64,000 bases of DNA from Rhodocyclaceae bacterium (GCA_020248405.1 JADCHQ010000033.1:2791-66790); one strand, 5' to 3'. Positions 17,687 to 28,664 are shown, counted from the stretch's first letter. Notes: generated from the sequence alone by a model not told the origin. Translations and numbers: made by a program.

Positions 17687-18709
17687 TCATTGGGGCAGGG
17701 CCGAGGCGGCGGCCGCCAGGGACATGGGCCGGCGCCAGAAATGGCGCGATGAGCCGCTGCTCAGCGCCGCTACCAGGCCAGTGCGTGCGCCGAAGCCGGC
17801 CACTTGCAGAGCGTGCAACTTGCGCGAGCGGAGTTGCGCCAGGGCGGGCGCCAGCCAGTCCTGATCCAGTCGGCGCAGGGCCTCCTGCCAGCCTGCCACG
17901 TCACCCTGGTGGGCCGCCTCGCGGGCTTGTTCCCATTGCACCCATGTGGCCTGCGTGGCGCCTTGCCAGCGGGCAGGCAAGTCTTCCACAGCCATGCCGG
18001 CGCGCAGCGCCAGACCGCGCAGCACGTCGTCACCGCCGAGCAATCGCGCGGCAGGGGCCGCCCGGGCCTGGGGCTCGACCGCGCCGCCCCAGATCCACAG
18101 GCTGTTGATGGGCAGGCGGCCGGCCTGTTCCCGGGCCTCGTTGACGGGGTGCTCGTGCAACAGCATTTGTGCTTCGTTGAGGCGCCTGCGCCACACGCGG
18201 GCTTGCGGTCCCGCGGGCAGCAGCGGCGCCACCGAGCGTCCATGGGCGGCGGGTGTGGGCACGGTGTCCAGGGCCACCGGGGCGGGCAGCCGAATCAGCC
18301 ACGCGTCGGGGCGTGGCGCTTCCAGGCGCAGACCCTCGGGTGCGAAGAAGGCGTTGAGGGTGGCGAGCAGCCCCTCGGCTTCGTGCCACGCGAGGTCGCC
18401 GGGAGCGGGCCTTGAGAGGAACAGGTCGGTGCCACGCGCCTGCAGGTGCACGGGATCGGCGCGCAGCCACCCATGCTCATCGGGCAGACTTCCCAGGCCG
18501 CGCACACTCGCCGCAGCCAGTCCTGCCGGGTGGGCCGGCTCGGCGCCGAAGGCCCCCAGCAGCCACTGCCACTGGCCCGTGGACACCAGCGCATGTGTGC
18601 CGCGGCCGAGCACGCGTTCGAGCGCCGGTAAGCGCAGGCCGGCCATGGGCCGGGAATCGGCGCGGTCGGGCCAGAACAGGTCGGGAACCAGTAACGTGAG
18701 GCGAGTCAT
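17687..18709 (-). CDS. Conserved hypothetical protein (~341 aa), function unknown
   Basis: Track ORF 17687..18784. The likely start is the internal ATG giving MTRLTLLVPDLFWPD... Amino-acid composition looks coding. I recognise no diagnostic motif. Confidence 0.55.
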   Translation of the reverse strand: MTRLTLLVPDLFWPDRADSRPMAGLRLPALERVLGRGTHALVSTGQWQWLLGAFGAEPAHPAGLAAASVRGLGSLPDEHGWLRADPVHLQARGTDLFLSRPAPGDLAWHEAEGLLATLNAFFAPEGLRLEAPRPDAWLIRLPAPVALDTVPTPAAHGRSVAPLLPAGPQARVWRRRLNEAQMLLHEHPVNEAREQAGRLPINSLWIWGGAVEPQARAAPAARLLGGDDVLRGLALRAGMAVEDLPARWQGATQATWVQWEQAREAAHQGDVAGWQEALRRLDQDWLAPALAQLRSRKLHALQVAGFGARTGLVAALSSGSSRHFWRRPMSLAAAASALPQ

Positions 18710-18906
18710 GGGCGAGCGCACACAGGGCGCAGACGATAGCCCATCGGGCCCCGCGTGGGCATGGGGGGGCGTGCTCTGGCACAATCGCGGCGCCTGCAGC
18801 CGTGTCTGCTGGCGTTTCGCCCGGGTGATGGGGCAGCCTGCGCCTGCCGTGCCGGGTTCCTCTCCCCGGCTGTTCCGGTCAATCCTGGTCTCCTGAACGT
18901 CATCGC

Positions 18907-20151
18907 GTGCTTCCCTTCGAGTACTCCATCGGTCTGCGCTACACCCGGGCCAAGCGACGCAACCGCTTCATTTCGGTGATCTCCATCATCTCCATCGCCG
19001 GCATGGCGGTGGGCATCTGGGCGCTGATCGTGGTGTTGTCGGTGATGAACGGTTTTCAGACGGAAATCCGCACCCGCATACTGAGTGCCGCCTCGCACGT
19101 GCAGGTGATGGGTTTCGATGGGCCGCTGAAGGACTGGAATACGCTGGCGGCGGGCGTGGCGCGCCATCCCCAGGTGCGGGGGGCGGCGCCCTTCGTCGAC
19201 GGCCAGGGATTGTTCTCCAGCGGTGATCGCGTGCAGGGGGGGTTGTTGCGCGGCATCGTGCCCGAGCTGGAAGACCGGGTCTCGGAGATTGCCAGCCACA
19301 TGGTGCGCGGGTCGCTCAAGGATCTGCGCCCGGGCGAGTTCGGCGTGGTGCTGGGCGTCGAACTGGCGCGCAGCCTCGGGGTGCGCCAGGACGACCGCGT
19401 GACGGTGATCATCCCCCAGGGACAGGTGACCGCGGCCGGGCTGCTGCCGCGCATCCGGCAGTTTCGCGTGGCGGGCATCTTCGAGATCGGCATGTACGAG
19501 TACGACGCCTCGCTCGCGCTGGTGCACATGGCGGATGCGCAGAAGCTCTACCGCCTGGGCGAGGGTGTGAGCGGGCTGCGCCTTAAGCTTGCCGATCCTT
19601 TCGAGGCGCCGCGGGTGACGCGCGAGCTGGTGAACAGCCTGCGCGGCGACGTGTTCGCCAGCGACTGGACGCGCAGCCACGGCAACCTGTTTCGCGCCGT
19701 TCAGATCGAGAAGCGCATGATGTTCATCATCCTCACGCTGATCGTGCTTGTGGCGGCCTTCAACATCGTCTCCACGCTGGTGATGGCGGTGGGCGAGAAG
19801 CAGGCCGACATCGCCATCCTGCGCACCCTCGGCGCTTCGCCGGGCAGCATCATGAAGATCTTCGTGGTGCAGGGCTGGCTGATCGGCGTGGCGGGCACGT
19901 TGCTGGGCGTCAGCGCAGGCGTGCTCACGGCGGTGAACATCGACGTGATCGTGCCCTTCATCGAGCGGTTGCTGGGCGTGGAGTTCATGGCCAAGGACGT
20001 CTACCAGATCTCGGAATTGCCCTCGGAGGTTCATGGGATCGACGTGGCGCTGGTGGCGGTGATGTCGCTCATCCTGGGGCTGGTGGCCACGCTGTATCCG
20101 AGCTGGAAAGCCTCGCGCACCAATCCCGCGGCGGCACTGCGCTATGAATGA
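18907..20151 (+). CDS. lolC: Lipoprotein-releasing ABC transporter permease (LolC/LolE family)
   Basis: Starts [36 protein letters not shown]. It has an FtsX-type C-terminal domain and is followed by lolD with an 8-nt overlap. Confidence 0.9.
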   Translation: MLPFEYSIGLRYTRAKRRNRFISVISIISIAGMAVGIWALIVVLSVMNGFQTEIRTRILSAASHVQVMGFDGPLKDWNTLAAGVARHPQVRGAAPFVDGQGLFSSGDRVQGGLLRGIVPELEDRVSEIASHMVRGSLKDLRPGEFGVVLGVELARSLGVRQDDRVTVIIPQGQVTAAGLLPRIRQFRVAGIFEIGMYEYDASLALVHMADAQKLYRLGEGVSGLRLKLADPFEAPRVTRELVNSLRGDVFASDWTRSHGNLFRAVQIEKRMMFIILTLIVLVAAFNIVSTLVMAVGEKQADIAILRTLGASPGSIMKIFVVQGWLIGVAGTLLGVSAGVLTAVNIDVIVPFIERLLGVEFMAKDVYQISELPSEVHGIDVALVAVMSLILGLVATLYPSWKASRTNPAAALRYE

Positions 20152-20836
20152 GCCCAACGCCGCTGCGGTGCTGCGCGCCCGGGGGCTTCGCAAGGTCTAC
20201 GACGAAGGTCCGTCGCCGGTGGAGGTGCTGCGTGGCGTGGACCTGGAGGTGCACCCGGGGGAGAGCGTGGCCATCGTGGGCGCATCGGGCTCGGGCAAGA
20301 GCACGCTGCTGCATCTGCTGGGCGGGCTGGACAAGGCCAGCGGCGGCGGCATCGAACTTCTGGGCCGCGCGGCCGCGGCGTTGTCGCCCAAGGCCCTGGG
20401 CGAGCTGCGCAACCGCGCGCTGGGCTTCGTGTACCAGTTCCATCACTTGCTGCCGGAGTTCACCGCGCTCGAGAACGTGGCCATGCCGCTGGACATCCGC
20501 CGCGTGCCGGGGCGCGAGGCGCGCGAGGCAGCGCGCCAGATGCTCGAGCGGGTGGGCCTCGGCGCCCGGCTGGGACATGTGCCCGGCGAGCTGTCGGGCG
20601 GCGAGCGGCAACGCGCGGCGCTGGCGCGCGCGCTGGTGACGCGCCCCGCCTGCGTGCTGGCCGACGAGCCCACCGGCAACCTCGACCGCCACAACGCCGC
20701 CAGCGTCATGGAGCTGATGCTGGAACTGAATCGCGACCTGGGTACTGCCCTGGTGATCGTGACCCACGACCTGGCCATCGCGGCGCGCATGCAGCGCACC
20801 CTGCGTCTCGAAGACGGCCTGCTGGTGGCGGCGTGA
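20144..20836 (+). CDS. lolD: Lipoprotein-releasing ABC transporter ATP-binding protein
   Basis: Walker A is [11 protein letters not shown]. The ABC signature is [15 protein letters not shown] and Walker B is [11 protein letters not shown]. Confidence 0.92.
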   Translation: MNEPNAAAVLRARGLRKVYDEGPSPVEVLRGVDLEVHPGESVAIVGASGSGKSTLLHLLGGLDKASGGGIELLGRAAAALSPKALGELRNRALGFVYQFHHLLPEFTALENVAMPLDIRRVPGREAREAARQMLERVGLGARLGHVPGELSGGERQRAALARALVTRPACVLADEPTGNLDRHNAASVMELMLELNRDLGTALVIVTHDLAIAARMQRTLRLEDGLLVAA

Positions 20837-20961
20837 TCGACGCGCACGCCGGTCGCGGGCAAAGTCGCACCCATCGCCTTCGTGGCGGTGCGCCACACCG
20901 GGCGCTTCGCCCGTCAACGTTCGCCGGCCGTTACCCGCCGGCTCTGATCGAGGAATCATTC

Positions 20962-21639
20962 ATGTTCGTCAAGAAGCTCCGGCCGATCGCGGCTGCTGCC
21001 CTGGTTTTTGCGTGCGGCGCCAACGTTGCCGCCCAGGATCTCAAGTCCGACGAGGACAAGACGCTCTATGCGCTTGGCCTGGCCATGGGACGCCAGCTCC
21101 AGACCCTCGAGCTGTCGCCCGAGCAGGCAGAGTTCGTGAAGCGCGGCCTGAGTGACGTGATCGCAGGCCGCAAGCCCGCGGTGGAACTGGAGGCTTACCA
21201 GCAGAAGGTGCAGGCCTTCGCCAACGGCCGCCGTCTGGCCCAGGCCGACAAGGCTGCCGGGGCCGGCCGTGCCTTTGCGGATAAGGCCGCCAAGGAGAAG
21301 GGCGCCGTGAAGACCGACAGCGGCCTCGTCTTTCTGTCCCTCAAGGATGGCGGCGGCGCCGCGCCCAAGGCCACCGACCGGGTGAAGGTTCACTACCGCG
21401 GCACCCTCACCGATGGCCGTGAGTTTGATTCGAGCTATGCGCGCAACGAGCCCGCAGAGTTCCCCCTGAACGGCGTGATTCCCTGCTGGACCGAGGGCCT
21501 GCAGCGCATGAAGGCCGGGGGTAAGGCGAAGCTGGTGTGTCCGCCCGACATCGCCTACGGCGACCGTGGCGCGGGCAACGTGATTCCGCCCAAGGCGACG
21601 CTGGTGTTCGAGGTGGAACTGCTGGAAGTGGCCAAGTAG
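20962..21639 (+). CDS. Periplasmic FKBP-type peptidyl-prolyl cis-trans isomerase (FkpA/FklB-like)
   Basis: Internal ATG of track ORF 20833..21639. The signal peptide is MFVKKLRPIAAAALVFACGANVAA. The FKBP core is VKVHYRGTLTDGREFDSSYARNEPAEFPLNGVIPCWTEGLQ..LVFEVELLEV. Confidence 0.88.
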   Translation: MFVKKLRPIAAAALVFACGANVAAQDLKSDEDKTLYALGLAMGRQLQTLELSPEQAEFVKRGLSDVIAGRKPAVELEAYQQKVQAFANGRRLAQADKAAGAGRAFADKAAKEKGAVKTDSGLVFLSLKDGGGAAPKATDRVKVHYRGTLTDGREFDSSYARNEPAEFPLNGVIPCWTEGLQRMKAGGKAKLVCPPDIAYGDRGAGNVIPPKATLVFEVELLEVAK

Positions 21640-21687
21640 CCGCAGGCTCTCCTGCCCCCGCCCCTGGATATGGCCCGGGGCGGCCGG

Positions 21688-22242
21688 TCAGGAGGTGCGC
21701 ATGGCCCGGTTGCGCCGGCGGCGGCGCCAGGCAAGCATCACATACACCCGCCAGCCTGCAAGCGCCGCCACGTAGCCCAGGGCGGCGAGCAGCACGGCGA
21801 GCAACACTAGGCCCACCACGAAGGGTTTCCCCATGGCGCCCATCCACGCCAGCAGCGCCGGAATCCACTGCGAAAGACCGCCGCTGAGCGTGAGCACGGC
21901 GTCGGGCATGGTTTGCCCGGAGACGCCCGTCACGAGGGCGCCGAGCTTGTAGGCCGCCAGGTACAGGGGCAAGATGGTCACCGGGTTGGTGTACCAGGTG
22001 GCTGCCACCGCCACCGGCAAGTTCACTCGCAGCAGCACTGCCAGCAACGCCGCGCACAGCATCTGCACCGGGCCGGGAATCAATCCCGCGAACAAGCCGG
22101 CGGCAAGCCCGCCGGCCACCGAGCGGCGGTGCAGGTGCCACAGATTGTGATGGTGCAGCGCTGAGCCGAAAATGGCCACGAACCGGTTCTCACGAACCGA
22201 CTGATGGCTGGGCAGGAATTTGCGGAACAGCTTGCGCGGCAT
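21688..22242 (-). CDS. DUF2062-family membrane protein
   Basis: 184 aa. The N-terminus reads LHHHNLWHLHRRSVAGGLAAGLFAGLIPGP. It is divergent from comEC, a common pairing. Confidence 0.7.
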   Translation of the reverse strand: MPRKLFRKFLPSHQSVRENRFVAIFGSALHHHNLWHLHRRSVAGGLAAGLFAGLIPGPVQMLCAALLAVLLRVNLPVAVAATWYTNPVTILPLYLAAYKLGALVTGVSGQTMPDAVLTLSGGLSQWIPALLAWMGAMGKPFVVGLVLLAVLLAALGYVAALAGWRVYVMLAWRRRRRNRAMRTS

Positions 22243-22329
22243 GGATTACCAGCCCTCGGTTCGGACGTTGTGTTGCAGACCGGTGGAGGCGGGAATCGTT
22301 CCTGTCCCCGGGGCGCGCTGGGACGTTTC

Positions 22330-24675
22330 ATGGGGGCTTGGCAGGCTGCAGCTTTCGCGGGTGGTGCGTGGTGGCTGCAGCAGCAGCCTGCCCTGCCGGG
22401 CGCCGGGCCCTTGGTGCTGGCGGTTGCGCTGGCGGGGCTGGCGCTGGGCTGGCGCGGCGGCGCCACTGGGCCCTGGCGCCGGGCCGCGGGCGCGCTGGCT
22501 TTGGCGGCCTGGGCCGCGGGCGGGTTTGGCTGGGCCGCCGTGTTCGCCCAGCAGCGCCTGGCTGACGCCCTTGACCCGCGGCTGGAGGGCCGTGACCTGC
22601 CGGTGATCGGTGTGGTCACCAGTCTGCCGCAGCGCACCGCCCGCGGCTGGCGGTTCCGCTTCCGTGTGGAGCGGGTGGCCGACGGCTCCAGCGGTGTGCC
22701 GCGGCAACTGGTGCTCAACTGGTATGACCCGCAGGAGGGTGAAGTGCTCGCCGACGAGGCGCCGCTGCGCCCTGCCGAGCGCTGGCGCTTGACGGTGCGC
22801 CTGCACCGTCCCCACGGCAGTGCCAACCCCCACGGGTTCGATGCCGAGCAGCGTGCCCTGGCCCAGGGCATTCGCGCCGCGGGCTATGTGCGGCCGGGGA
22901 TGCGCGAGCGGCTGGCGCAGCGGGTGTGGCAGGCTGCGCCGCTGGTGGAGCGGGCGCGCCACGCGCTGCGCGAGCGTATGGCCCGGGCCACCGCGGGACT
23001 AAACCAGGGCGGCGTGCTGATCGCGCTCGCCTTGGGTGACCAGGCGGCCATCTCCAACGCCCAGTGGCAGGTGTTCACCCGCACCGGCGTCAATCACCTC
23101 ATGAGTATCTCCGGCCTGCACGTCACCATGCTGGCGGGGCTCGTGGCCGCCTGCGCCGGGTGGGCGTGGCGGCGCCTGCCTCGCCGGGCCGGCGGCTGGA
23201 CCCGCGGCGATGTGGCGCTGCTGGTGGGCCTCGTCACGGCGTTTGGCTACGCCCTGCTGGCCGGCTTCGAGGTGCCGGCGCAGCGCACGGTGCTGATGCT
23301 GGCGGTGGTGGCGGCGGCCCACTGGCTGCGACTTGGCGTCGGCGCTGGCACGGTGTTGGGCGGTGCGCTCGTGGCGGTGGTGGCCATGGACCCCATGGCC
23401 GTGGTGGCGCCGGGGTTCTGGCTGTCCTTTGGGGCGGTGGGCGCCATGATGCTGGCGGTGGAGGCACACGCGGGCCGCTGGGGGTGGCTGGTGATGTGGA
23501 GCCGGGTGCAGTGGGTGCTGTTCGTGGCGCTGGCGCCGCCGTTGCTGGTGCTGTTTCAGCAGGTGTCGCTGGTGGCGCCCCTGGCCAATGCGCTGGCGGT
23601 GCCGGTGGTGAGCTTCGTGGTAGTGCCCTTGTCACTGCTGCTGGCGGTGGTGCCCGTGCCGGCCGTGGCATGGCTTGCGCATCTGCCCATGGATTTGGTG
23701 GCGCGGGCCCTGGGGGGGCTGGCCGCCTTGCCCGCGGCGGTATGGTGGCAGCATGCGCCGCCTGCCTGGAGCGTGGCGCTGGCCCTGGCAGGTGCGGCGT
23801 GGCTGCTGGCACCGCGGGGTTTTCCGGCCCGTGCCCTGGCAGCGGTGCTGTTTGCGCCCATGCTGCTGCTCACCCCGCCGCCGCCCGCACCCGGCGAGGC
23901 ACGCCTCACCGTGCTGGACGTGGGGCAAGGGCTTGCGGTGGTGGTGCGTACCGCCTCCTATGCGCTGGTGTTCGATGCCGGTCCTGCCTGGAGCCCGGAG
24001 GCGGGCAGCGGCGATCGCATCGTGGCGCCGTTTTTGCGCGGCGAGGGTGTGCGGCGCGTGGATGCGCTGTTTCTGAGCCATGACGATCTCGACCACGTGG
24101 GCGGTGCGCCGGGCTTGCTGGCCTCGGTGCCGGTGAGCACGGTGTATGCCTCGCTGCCCGGCGCCCTGCCGGCGCCGGCCGCCATGGAGGGCGCACAGCG
24201 CTGCGTGGCGGGCATGGCCTGGACCGTGGACGGCGTGCGCTTCGAGGTGCTGCACCCCGACCCCGAGTTTTTGTTGCGCGCCAGCGTGCGCGACAACGAT
24301 CGCAGTTGCGTGCTGCGGGTGGTGACGGCCCATGGGCGCGCGCTGCTGGCGGCGGACGTGGAGAAGGGCGCCGAGGCGCGCATGGTGCGCGCCGGTGCGC
24401 CGCTTGCGGCGGAGGTGCTGGTGGTGCCCCATCACGGCAGCGGCACGTCCTCCATGCCCGGCTTCGTGGCGGCGGTGGCGCCGCGCATTGCCATTGTCTC
24501 GGCGGGATGGCGCAACCGCTTCGGGCATCCCAAGGCGGAGGTGGTGGCGCGTTACCATGCGGCCGGTGCGCGCCTGCTGCGCACCGACGACTCGGGCGCC
24601 ATCACCGTGCACCTGGGGCCGGGCGGGCCGCGGGTGAGCCGCTGGCGCGAGCAGCGCCGTCGCTACTGGCAGTGA
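22330..24675 (+). CDS. comEC: DNA internalisation-related competence protein ComEC/Rec2
   Basis: It has a polytopic membrane core (..FTRTGVNHLMSISGLHVTMLAG..) and a C-terminal metallo-beta-lactamase-like domain (LTVLDVGQGLAVVV.., LFLSHDDLDHVGG). Start taken at ATG 22330 to avoid overlapping the divergent gene. Confidence 0.88.
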   Translation: MGAWQAAAFAGGAWWLQQQPALPGAGPLVLAVALAGLALGWRGGATGPWRRAAGALALAAWAAGGFGWAAVFAQQRLADALDPRLEGRDLPVIGVVTSLPQRTARGWRFRFRVERVADGSSGVPRQLVLNWYDPQEGEVLADEAPLRPAERWRLTVRLHRPHGSANPHGFDAEQRALAQGIRAAGYVRPGMRERLAQRVWQAAPLVERARHALRERMARATAGLNQGGVLIALALGDQAAISNAQWQVFTRTGVNHLMSISGLHVTMLAGLVAACAGWAWRRLPRRAGGWTRGDVALLVGLVTAFGYALLAGFEVPAQRTVLMLAVVAAAHWLRLGVGAGTVLGGALVAVVAMDPMAVVAPGFWLSFGAVGAMMLAVEAHAGRWGWLVMWSRVQWVLFVALAPPLLVLFQQVSLVAPLANALAVPVVSFVVVPLSLLLAVVPVPAVAWLAHLPMDLVARALGGLAALPAAVWWQHAPPAWSVALALAGAAWLLAPRGFPARALAAVLFAPMLLLTPPPPAPGEARLTVLDVGQGLAVVVRTASYALVFDAGPAWSPEAGSGDRIVAPFLRGEGVRRVDALFLSHDDLDHVGGAPGLLASVPVSTVYASLPGALPAPAAMEGAQRCVAGMAWTVDGVRFEVLHPDPEFLLRASVRDNDRSCVLRVVTAHGRALLAADVEKGAEARMVRAGAPLAAEVLVVPHHGSGTSSMPGFVAAVAPRIAIVSAGWRNRFGHPKAEVVARYHAAGARLLRTDDSGAITVHLGPGGPRVSRWREQRRRYWQ

Positions 24676-24682
24676 ATCCATC

Positions 24683-26824
24683 ATGACCGAAGCCATGCAG
24701 GCCGATGCCCCCGCGCTGTTGGGGCGCTGGTGCGCCCTGGGGGCGCGGGTCAGCGCCGCCGACGAGGCGCGCGTGGCGGTGGCGCTCGCGCTGCTGCAGC
24801 AGACGCCGGGCGCTGGTCTGGTGCGCGCCCTGGACACGGCTGCGTTGCTGGCTGCGCTGCGCCTGGACGGCGATGCGCTGGTGGCGGCGCTGCTGGCCGG
24901 CGAGGCCGGTGCGAGCCTGCCGGCGCGCGTGTTGTTCGAGCGCTTCGGCCCTTCGGTGGGCGCGCTGGTGGAGGGGGCGGCGCGCATGCAGCGCATCCAG
25001 GCGCTGCGGGCCGGATTGGAGCCGGGGCGCGGCGGCGACCGTGCGCCGCAACTGGAAGCGCTGCGCAAGATGCTGCTGGCCATGGTGCAGGACGTGCGGG
25101 TGGTGCTCATCAAACTGGCCGCGGAGGTGGTGCGCTTGCGCGAGGTGGCGCGTGGCGGCACCGCCGGCGAGCAACTGGAGGCGGCCCGCGAAACCTTCGA
25201 ACTGACGGCGCCGCTGGCCAACCGCCTGGGCGTCTGGCAGCTCAAGTGGGAGCTGGAGGACTTGGCGCTGCGTTGCCGCGACCCCGGCAGCTACCGGGCC
25301 ATCGCCCGGGCGCTGGATGGCAAGCGCGCCGACCGCGAGGCCTTCATCGCGCAGGTGGCTGGCGCGTTGCGCGAGGCGCTGGCGCGCGCTGGCGTCGTCG
25401 CGGAAGTGGCCGGCAGACCCAAGCACATCTACAGCATCTGGAAGAAGATGCAGGGCAAGGCGCTGGCCTTCGAGGCATTGTTCGATGTGCGCGCGGTGCG
25501 CGTGCTGGTGGAGGACGTGAAGGACTGCTACAGCGCCCTGGGCGTGGTGCACGACCTGTGGACGCCCATCGCCAGCGAGTTCGACGATTACATCGCCCGG
25601 CCCAAGCCCAATGGTTACCGCTCCCTGCATACCGCCGTGCTGGGTCCGGAGAACAAAACGCTCGAGGTGCAGATTCGCACCCGGGAGATGCACCAGGCCA
25701 GCGAACTGGGCGTGGCAGCCCACTGGCGCTACAAGGAAGGCGGCGGCGATCCGCGCCTGGATGAGCGCATCGGGTGGTTGCGCCAGATCCTTCAGTGGCG
25801 TCAGGACATGGACGCTCAGGGGCCTGCGGCAGGCGTGCGTGCGGCCGTGTTTCAGGACACGGTCTACGTGCTCACCCCCCAGGGCCGGGTGGTGGCGTTG
25901 CCGCGCGGTGCCACGCCGGTGGACTTTGCCTACTACGTGCATACCGATCTGGGGCACCGCTGCCGGGGCGCCAAGGTCGATGGTGTCATCGTGCCCCTGA
26001 CTCACTGCCTGGAAAGCGGCCAGCGGGTGGAGATCATCGCGGCGCGGGAGGGTGGCCCCAGCCGCGATTGGCTCAACGGGGCGCTCGGGTTGCTGGGCAG
26101 CGCGCGGGCCCGCGCCAAGGTGCGCCAGTGGTTCCACGCCGAGCACCTGCGGCAGGCGCTTGCCCAGGGGCGGGCGCTGCTGGAGCGGGAAGTGCACCGC
26201 CTCGGGGTGGCGCCGCCGTCGCTCGAAGCCCTGTCCCAGGGGTTGGGGCGGGCCGGCGTGGAGGACATGCTCGCGGCCCTGGCCCGGGGCGAACTGGGGC
26301 CGCGCGACCTTCAGGCGGTGTTGCGGCCCGGCGAGCGCGGCGCGCCGGTGGCGGCGGCGCCCCGCGCGCCATCGGCCGGCACGGGCGCTGGCAACGGCGT
26401 GCTGGTGGTGGGCATGGACCGGCTGCTGACGCAGTTGGCGCGTTGCTGCAAACCGGCGCCCCCCGATGCCATCGTGGGTTTCGTCACCCGCGGCCGGGGT
26501 GTGAGCGTGCACCGCCAGTCATGCCCCAGCGTGCTGCGCCAGCCCGCCGAGCGGCGCCTGGCGGCTCAATGGGGCGCATCGCCTGCAGGCGGCCGCTACC
26601 TGGTGGATCTGGAAGTGACGGGCGTGGCGGGTGCGGGGCTCACGAGGGCCGTTACCGAGGCCCTGGGGCGCGAGCGTGTGCCGGTATCCGCGCTCACGGG
26701 CCGCGAGCGCACGGGCCTGGCCCGTCTGGCGCTGACGGTGGAAGTGGGCGGCGGCGAGCACCTGGAACGGGTGCTCGCCGCGCTGGAGGCGCTGCCCGGG
26801 GTGTCGGCCGTCAGGCGTCGCTGA
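24683..26824 (+). CDS. relA: RelA/SpoT-family (p)ppGpp synthetase, RelA-like with a degenerate N-terminal hydrolase region
   Basis: The synthetase core is GRPKHIYSIWKKMQGK..YRSLHTAVLGPENKTLEVQIRTREMHQASELGVAAHWRYKEG. It also has a TGS region (VYVLTPQGRVVALPRGATPVDFAY) and a C-terminal ACT-like domain. Confidence 0.88.
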   Translation: MTEAMQADAPALLGRWCALGARVSAADEARVAVALALLQQTPGAGLVRALDTAALLAALRLDGDALVAALLAGEAGASLPARVLFERFGPSVGALVEGAARMQRIQALRAGLEPGRGGDRAPQLEALRKMLLAMVQDVRVVLIKLAAEVVRLREVARGGTAGEQLEAARETFELTAPLANRLGVWQLKWELEDLALRCRDPGSYRAIARALDGKRADREAFIAQVAGALREALARAGVVAEVAGRPKHIYSIWKKMQGKALAFEALFDVRAVRVLVEDVKDCYSALGVVHDLWTPIASEFDDYIARPKPNGYRSLHTAVLGPENKTLEVQIRTREMHQASELGVAAHWRYKEGGGDPRLDERIGWLRQILQWRQDMDAQGPAAGVRAAVFQDTVYVLTPQGRVVALPRGATPVDFAYYVHTDLGHRCRGAKVDGVIVPLTHCLESGQRVEIIAAREGGPSRDWLNGALGLLGSARARAKVRQWFHAEHLRQALAQGRALLEREVHRLGVAPPSLEALSQGLGRAGVEDMLAALARGELGPRDLQAVLRPGERGAPVAAAPRAPSAGTGAGNGVLVVGMDRLLTQLARCCKPAPPDAIVGFVTRGRGVSVHRQSCPSVLRQPAERRLAAQWGASPAGGRYLVDLEVTGVAGAGLTRAVTEALGRERVPVSALTGRERTGLARLALTVEVGGGEHLERVLAALEALPGVSAVRRR

Positions 26825-27034
26825 CGCTTTCCGCCGCCGCGCCCAAAGCCCCTGTGGCTCGTGGCCCGCGCGCAAGGTGCTGGCCCCACAGGAAAAGCTC
26901 GCTCGGCCCCCGGCTGTCGAGATAAACGGCCTAAAGAACTCTCCTGCGGGGTCGTTACCGGGGGTGTTTCCCAGCGGGGACGGGTGGCAGCAGCCATCCA
27001 ACCGCCGCCGGGAGCCCAAGAGCGCAAACATTCC

Positions 27035-28204
27035 ATGCCCGCCCGAAACCGTTCGATCGCATCTCTCCACTGGGCGCCTCTGGCGCTGGCTTCACTCTCC
27101 ATCCTTATCTCCCTGCCCGTGTCCGGATGGCGCGGCTGGGCGGGGGTATTGCTGGCTGCCGCCGGCATGGGGCTCGCATGGGCCTGGCATGGCTGGCAGC
27201 GCGCAGCCGCTGCCGCCGCCCGGGAGGCGCTTCTGGAAGCCACCAGCGCCGAGGCGGCCAGCCGCCTGGACCAACAGGGCGCCAGCATGCTGGGCGACGC
27301 CGCACGGGAGCAGGCCGATACGGCGCGCGAGGAACTGCGTCGCGCCACCGGACTGCTCGCCGAGGCAATCGGGGGGCTGGTGGCGAGCTTCAACGACATG
27401 GCCGGCCAGACCCGGCGCCAGCAGGAGCTTGCGCTGCTCATCATGGCCGACGAGAGCACCGGTCAGTCGGGCGTGGCGGCCGGCTTCCAGGCCTTTGTCA
27501 CCAGCGCCTCGGCGACCCTGCAGCACTTCGTGGACGCCGTGATCAATGCCTCAAAGTCGGCGGTGTTGCTAGTGGAGGAAATGGAGAAGCTCAACGGACA
27601 CATGGATGCCGTCAACGGCATCCTGGAGGAAATCGAGGCCATCTCCAAGCAGACCAACCTGCTGGCGCTCAATGCCGCCATCGAGGCGGCCCGTGCGGGA
27701 GAGGCCGGCCGCGGCTTCGCCGTGGTGGCCTACGAGGTGCGCAACCTCTCCAACCGTACCGGGAGCTTCAGCCGCCAGATTCGCGAGCGCATGGTGATCA
27801 TGGGCGATTCCGTGCGCGGCGTGGAAGAGGTGATCCACGACATGGCGTCCCACGACATGGTGGTGGCGCTCAACGAGAAGCACCGCGTGGATACCACCAT
27901 GGTGAGGCTCGCCTCCATGAACGAGCGCATCGACAGCTCCGTGGAGGAGATGTCGCGCATCTCGACGCAGGTGGGCGAGGCCGTGGATCGTGCGGTCTCT
28001 TCGCTGCAGTTCCAGGACTTGCTGTCGCAGCTTCTCGGGCAGGTGGAGCGGCGAACGACCGTGCTTGGAGACATGGCCGCCGCGGGTGGCGCCGCGAGCT
28101 CCTCCGCAACGGTGAACGACCTAGTGGAGCGGGCGCGCCAGGTTTCAGCCCGCAGCCCGGTGGCCCAGTCCAGCATGAGCACGGGCGCGGTGGAGCTGTT
28201 CTGA
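27035..28204 (+). CDS. Methyl-accepting chemotaxis protein: two adjacent TM segments, no obvious periplasmic sensor or HAMP domain
   Basis: Internal ATG of track ORF 26861..28204 ([24 protein letters not shown]..). The MA core is [40 protein letters not shown]. It is the first gene of the che cluster. Confidence 0.85.
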   Translation: MPARNRSIASLHWAPLALASLSILISLPVSGWRGWAGVLLAAAGMGLAWAWHGWQRAAAAAAREALLEATSAEAASRLDQQGASMLGDAAREQADTAREELRRATGLLAEAIGGLVASFNDMAGQTRRQQELALLIMADESTGQSGVAAGFQAFVTSASATLQHFVDAVINASKSAVLLVEEMEKLNGHMDAVNGILEEIEAISKQTNLLALNAAIEAARAGEAGRGFAVVAYEVRNLSNRTGSFSRQIRERMVIMGDSVRGVEEVIHDMASHDMVVALNEKHRVDTTMVRLASMNERIDSSVEEMSRISTQVGEAVDRAVSSLQFQDLLSQLLGQVERRTTVLGDMAAAGGAASSSATVNDLVERARQVSARSPVAQSSMSTGAVELF

Positions 28205-28267
28205 CCATGGCTGCGCCGAGCCTCATCGCGTTACTTCCCTATTTCATTTTTTTCCGGAGCCAATGAA

Positions 28268-28633
28268 ATGTCCAAGACCGTCCTCGCCGTGGACGATTCC
28301 GCGTCAATCCGCAACATGGTCGCGTTCACCTTGAAGAGCGCAGGCTACGAAGTGATCGAGGCGGCGGATGGCCAGGAGGGCCTCGAAAAGGCCAAGGCCA
28401 ACAAGGTGAATCTCGTGCTCACCGACCAGAACATGCCGCGTATGGACGGGCTGACCCTGGTGAAGCACCTGCGCGCCATGCCGGGCTACTCGGCAGCGCC
28501 CATCCTGATGCTGACCACCGAATCCTCGGACGATATGAAGGCAAAGGGCCGCGCGGCAGGGGCGACAGGCTGGCTCGTGAAGCCCTTCGATCCGCCGCGT
28601 CTGCTGGAAGTGGTTCGCAAGGTGATCGGTTGA
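28268..28633 (+). CDS. cheY: Chemotaxis response regulator CheY
   Basis: 121-aa receiver-only protein: LAVDDSASIRN.., ..LVLTDQNMPRMDG.., ..GWLVKPF. Confidence 0.92.
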   Translation: MSKTVLAVDDSASIRNMVAFTLKSAGYEVIEAADGQEGLEKAKANKVNLVLTDQNMPRMDGLTLVKHLRAMPGYSAAPILMLTTESSDDMKAKGRAAGATGWLVKPFDPPRLLEVVRKVIG

Positions 28634-28664
28634 AACCGGCGCGTCGATCAAGGAAACCCCTGTC

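Noticed and set aside
21658-21683. GC hairpin (CCGCCCC / GGGGCGG, 12-nt loop) between the convergent FKBP and DUF2062 genes
   Set aside because: It may be a bidirectional terminator. However, the stem is short, the loop is long and there is no U-run, so the evidence is too weak to list as a feature.
23632-26512. Minus-strand ORFs of 537 and 636 aa opposite comEC and relA. Similar cases are 29673..30863, 31060..32313 and 32373..33758 opposite cheA and mcp, and 38015..39370, 40562..42175 and 42560..43795 opposite thrS and pheST
   Set aside because: All lie antisense to genes with strong diagnostic motifs. Their Arg/Ala/Pro/His-rich composition is typical of non-coding frames in GC-rich DNA.
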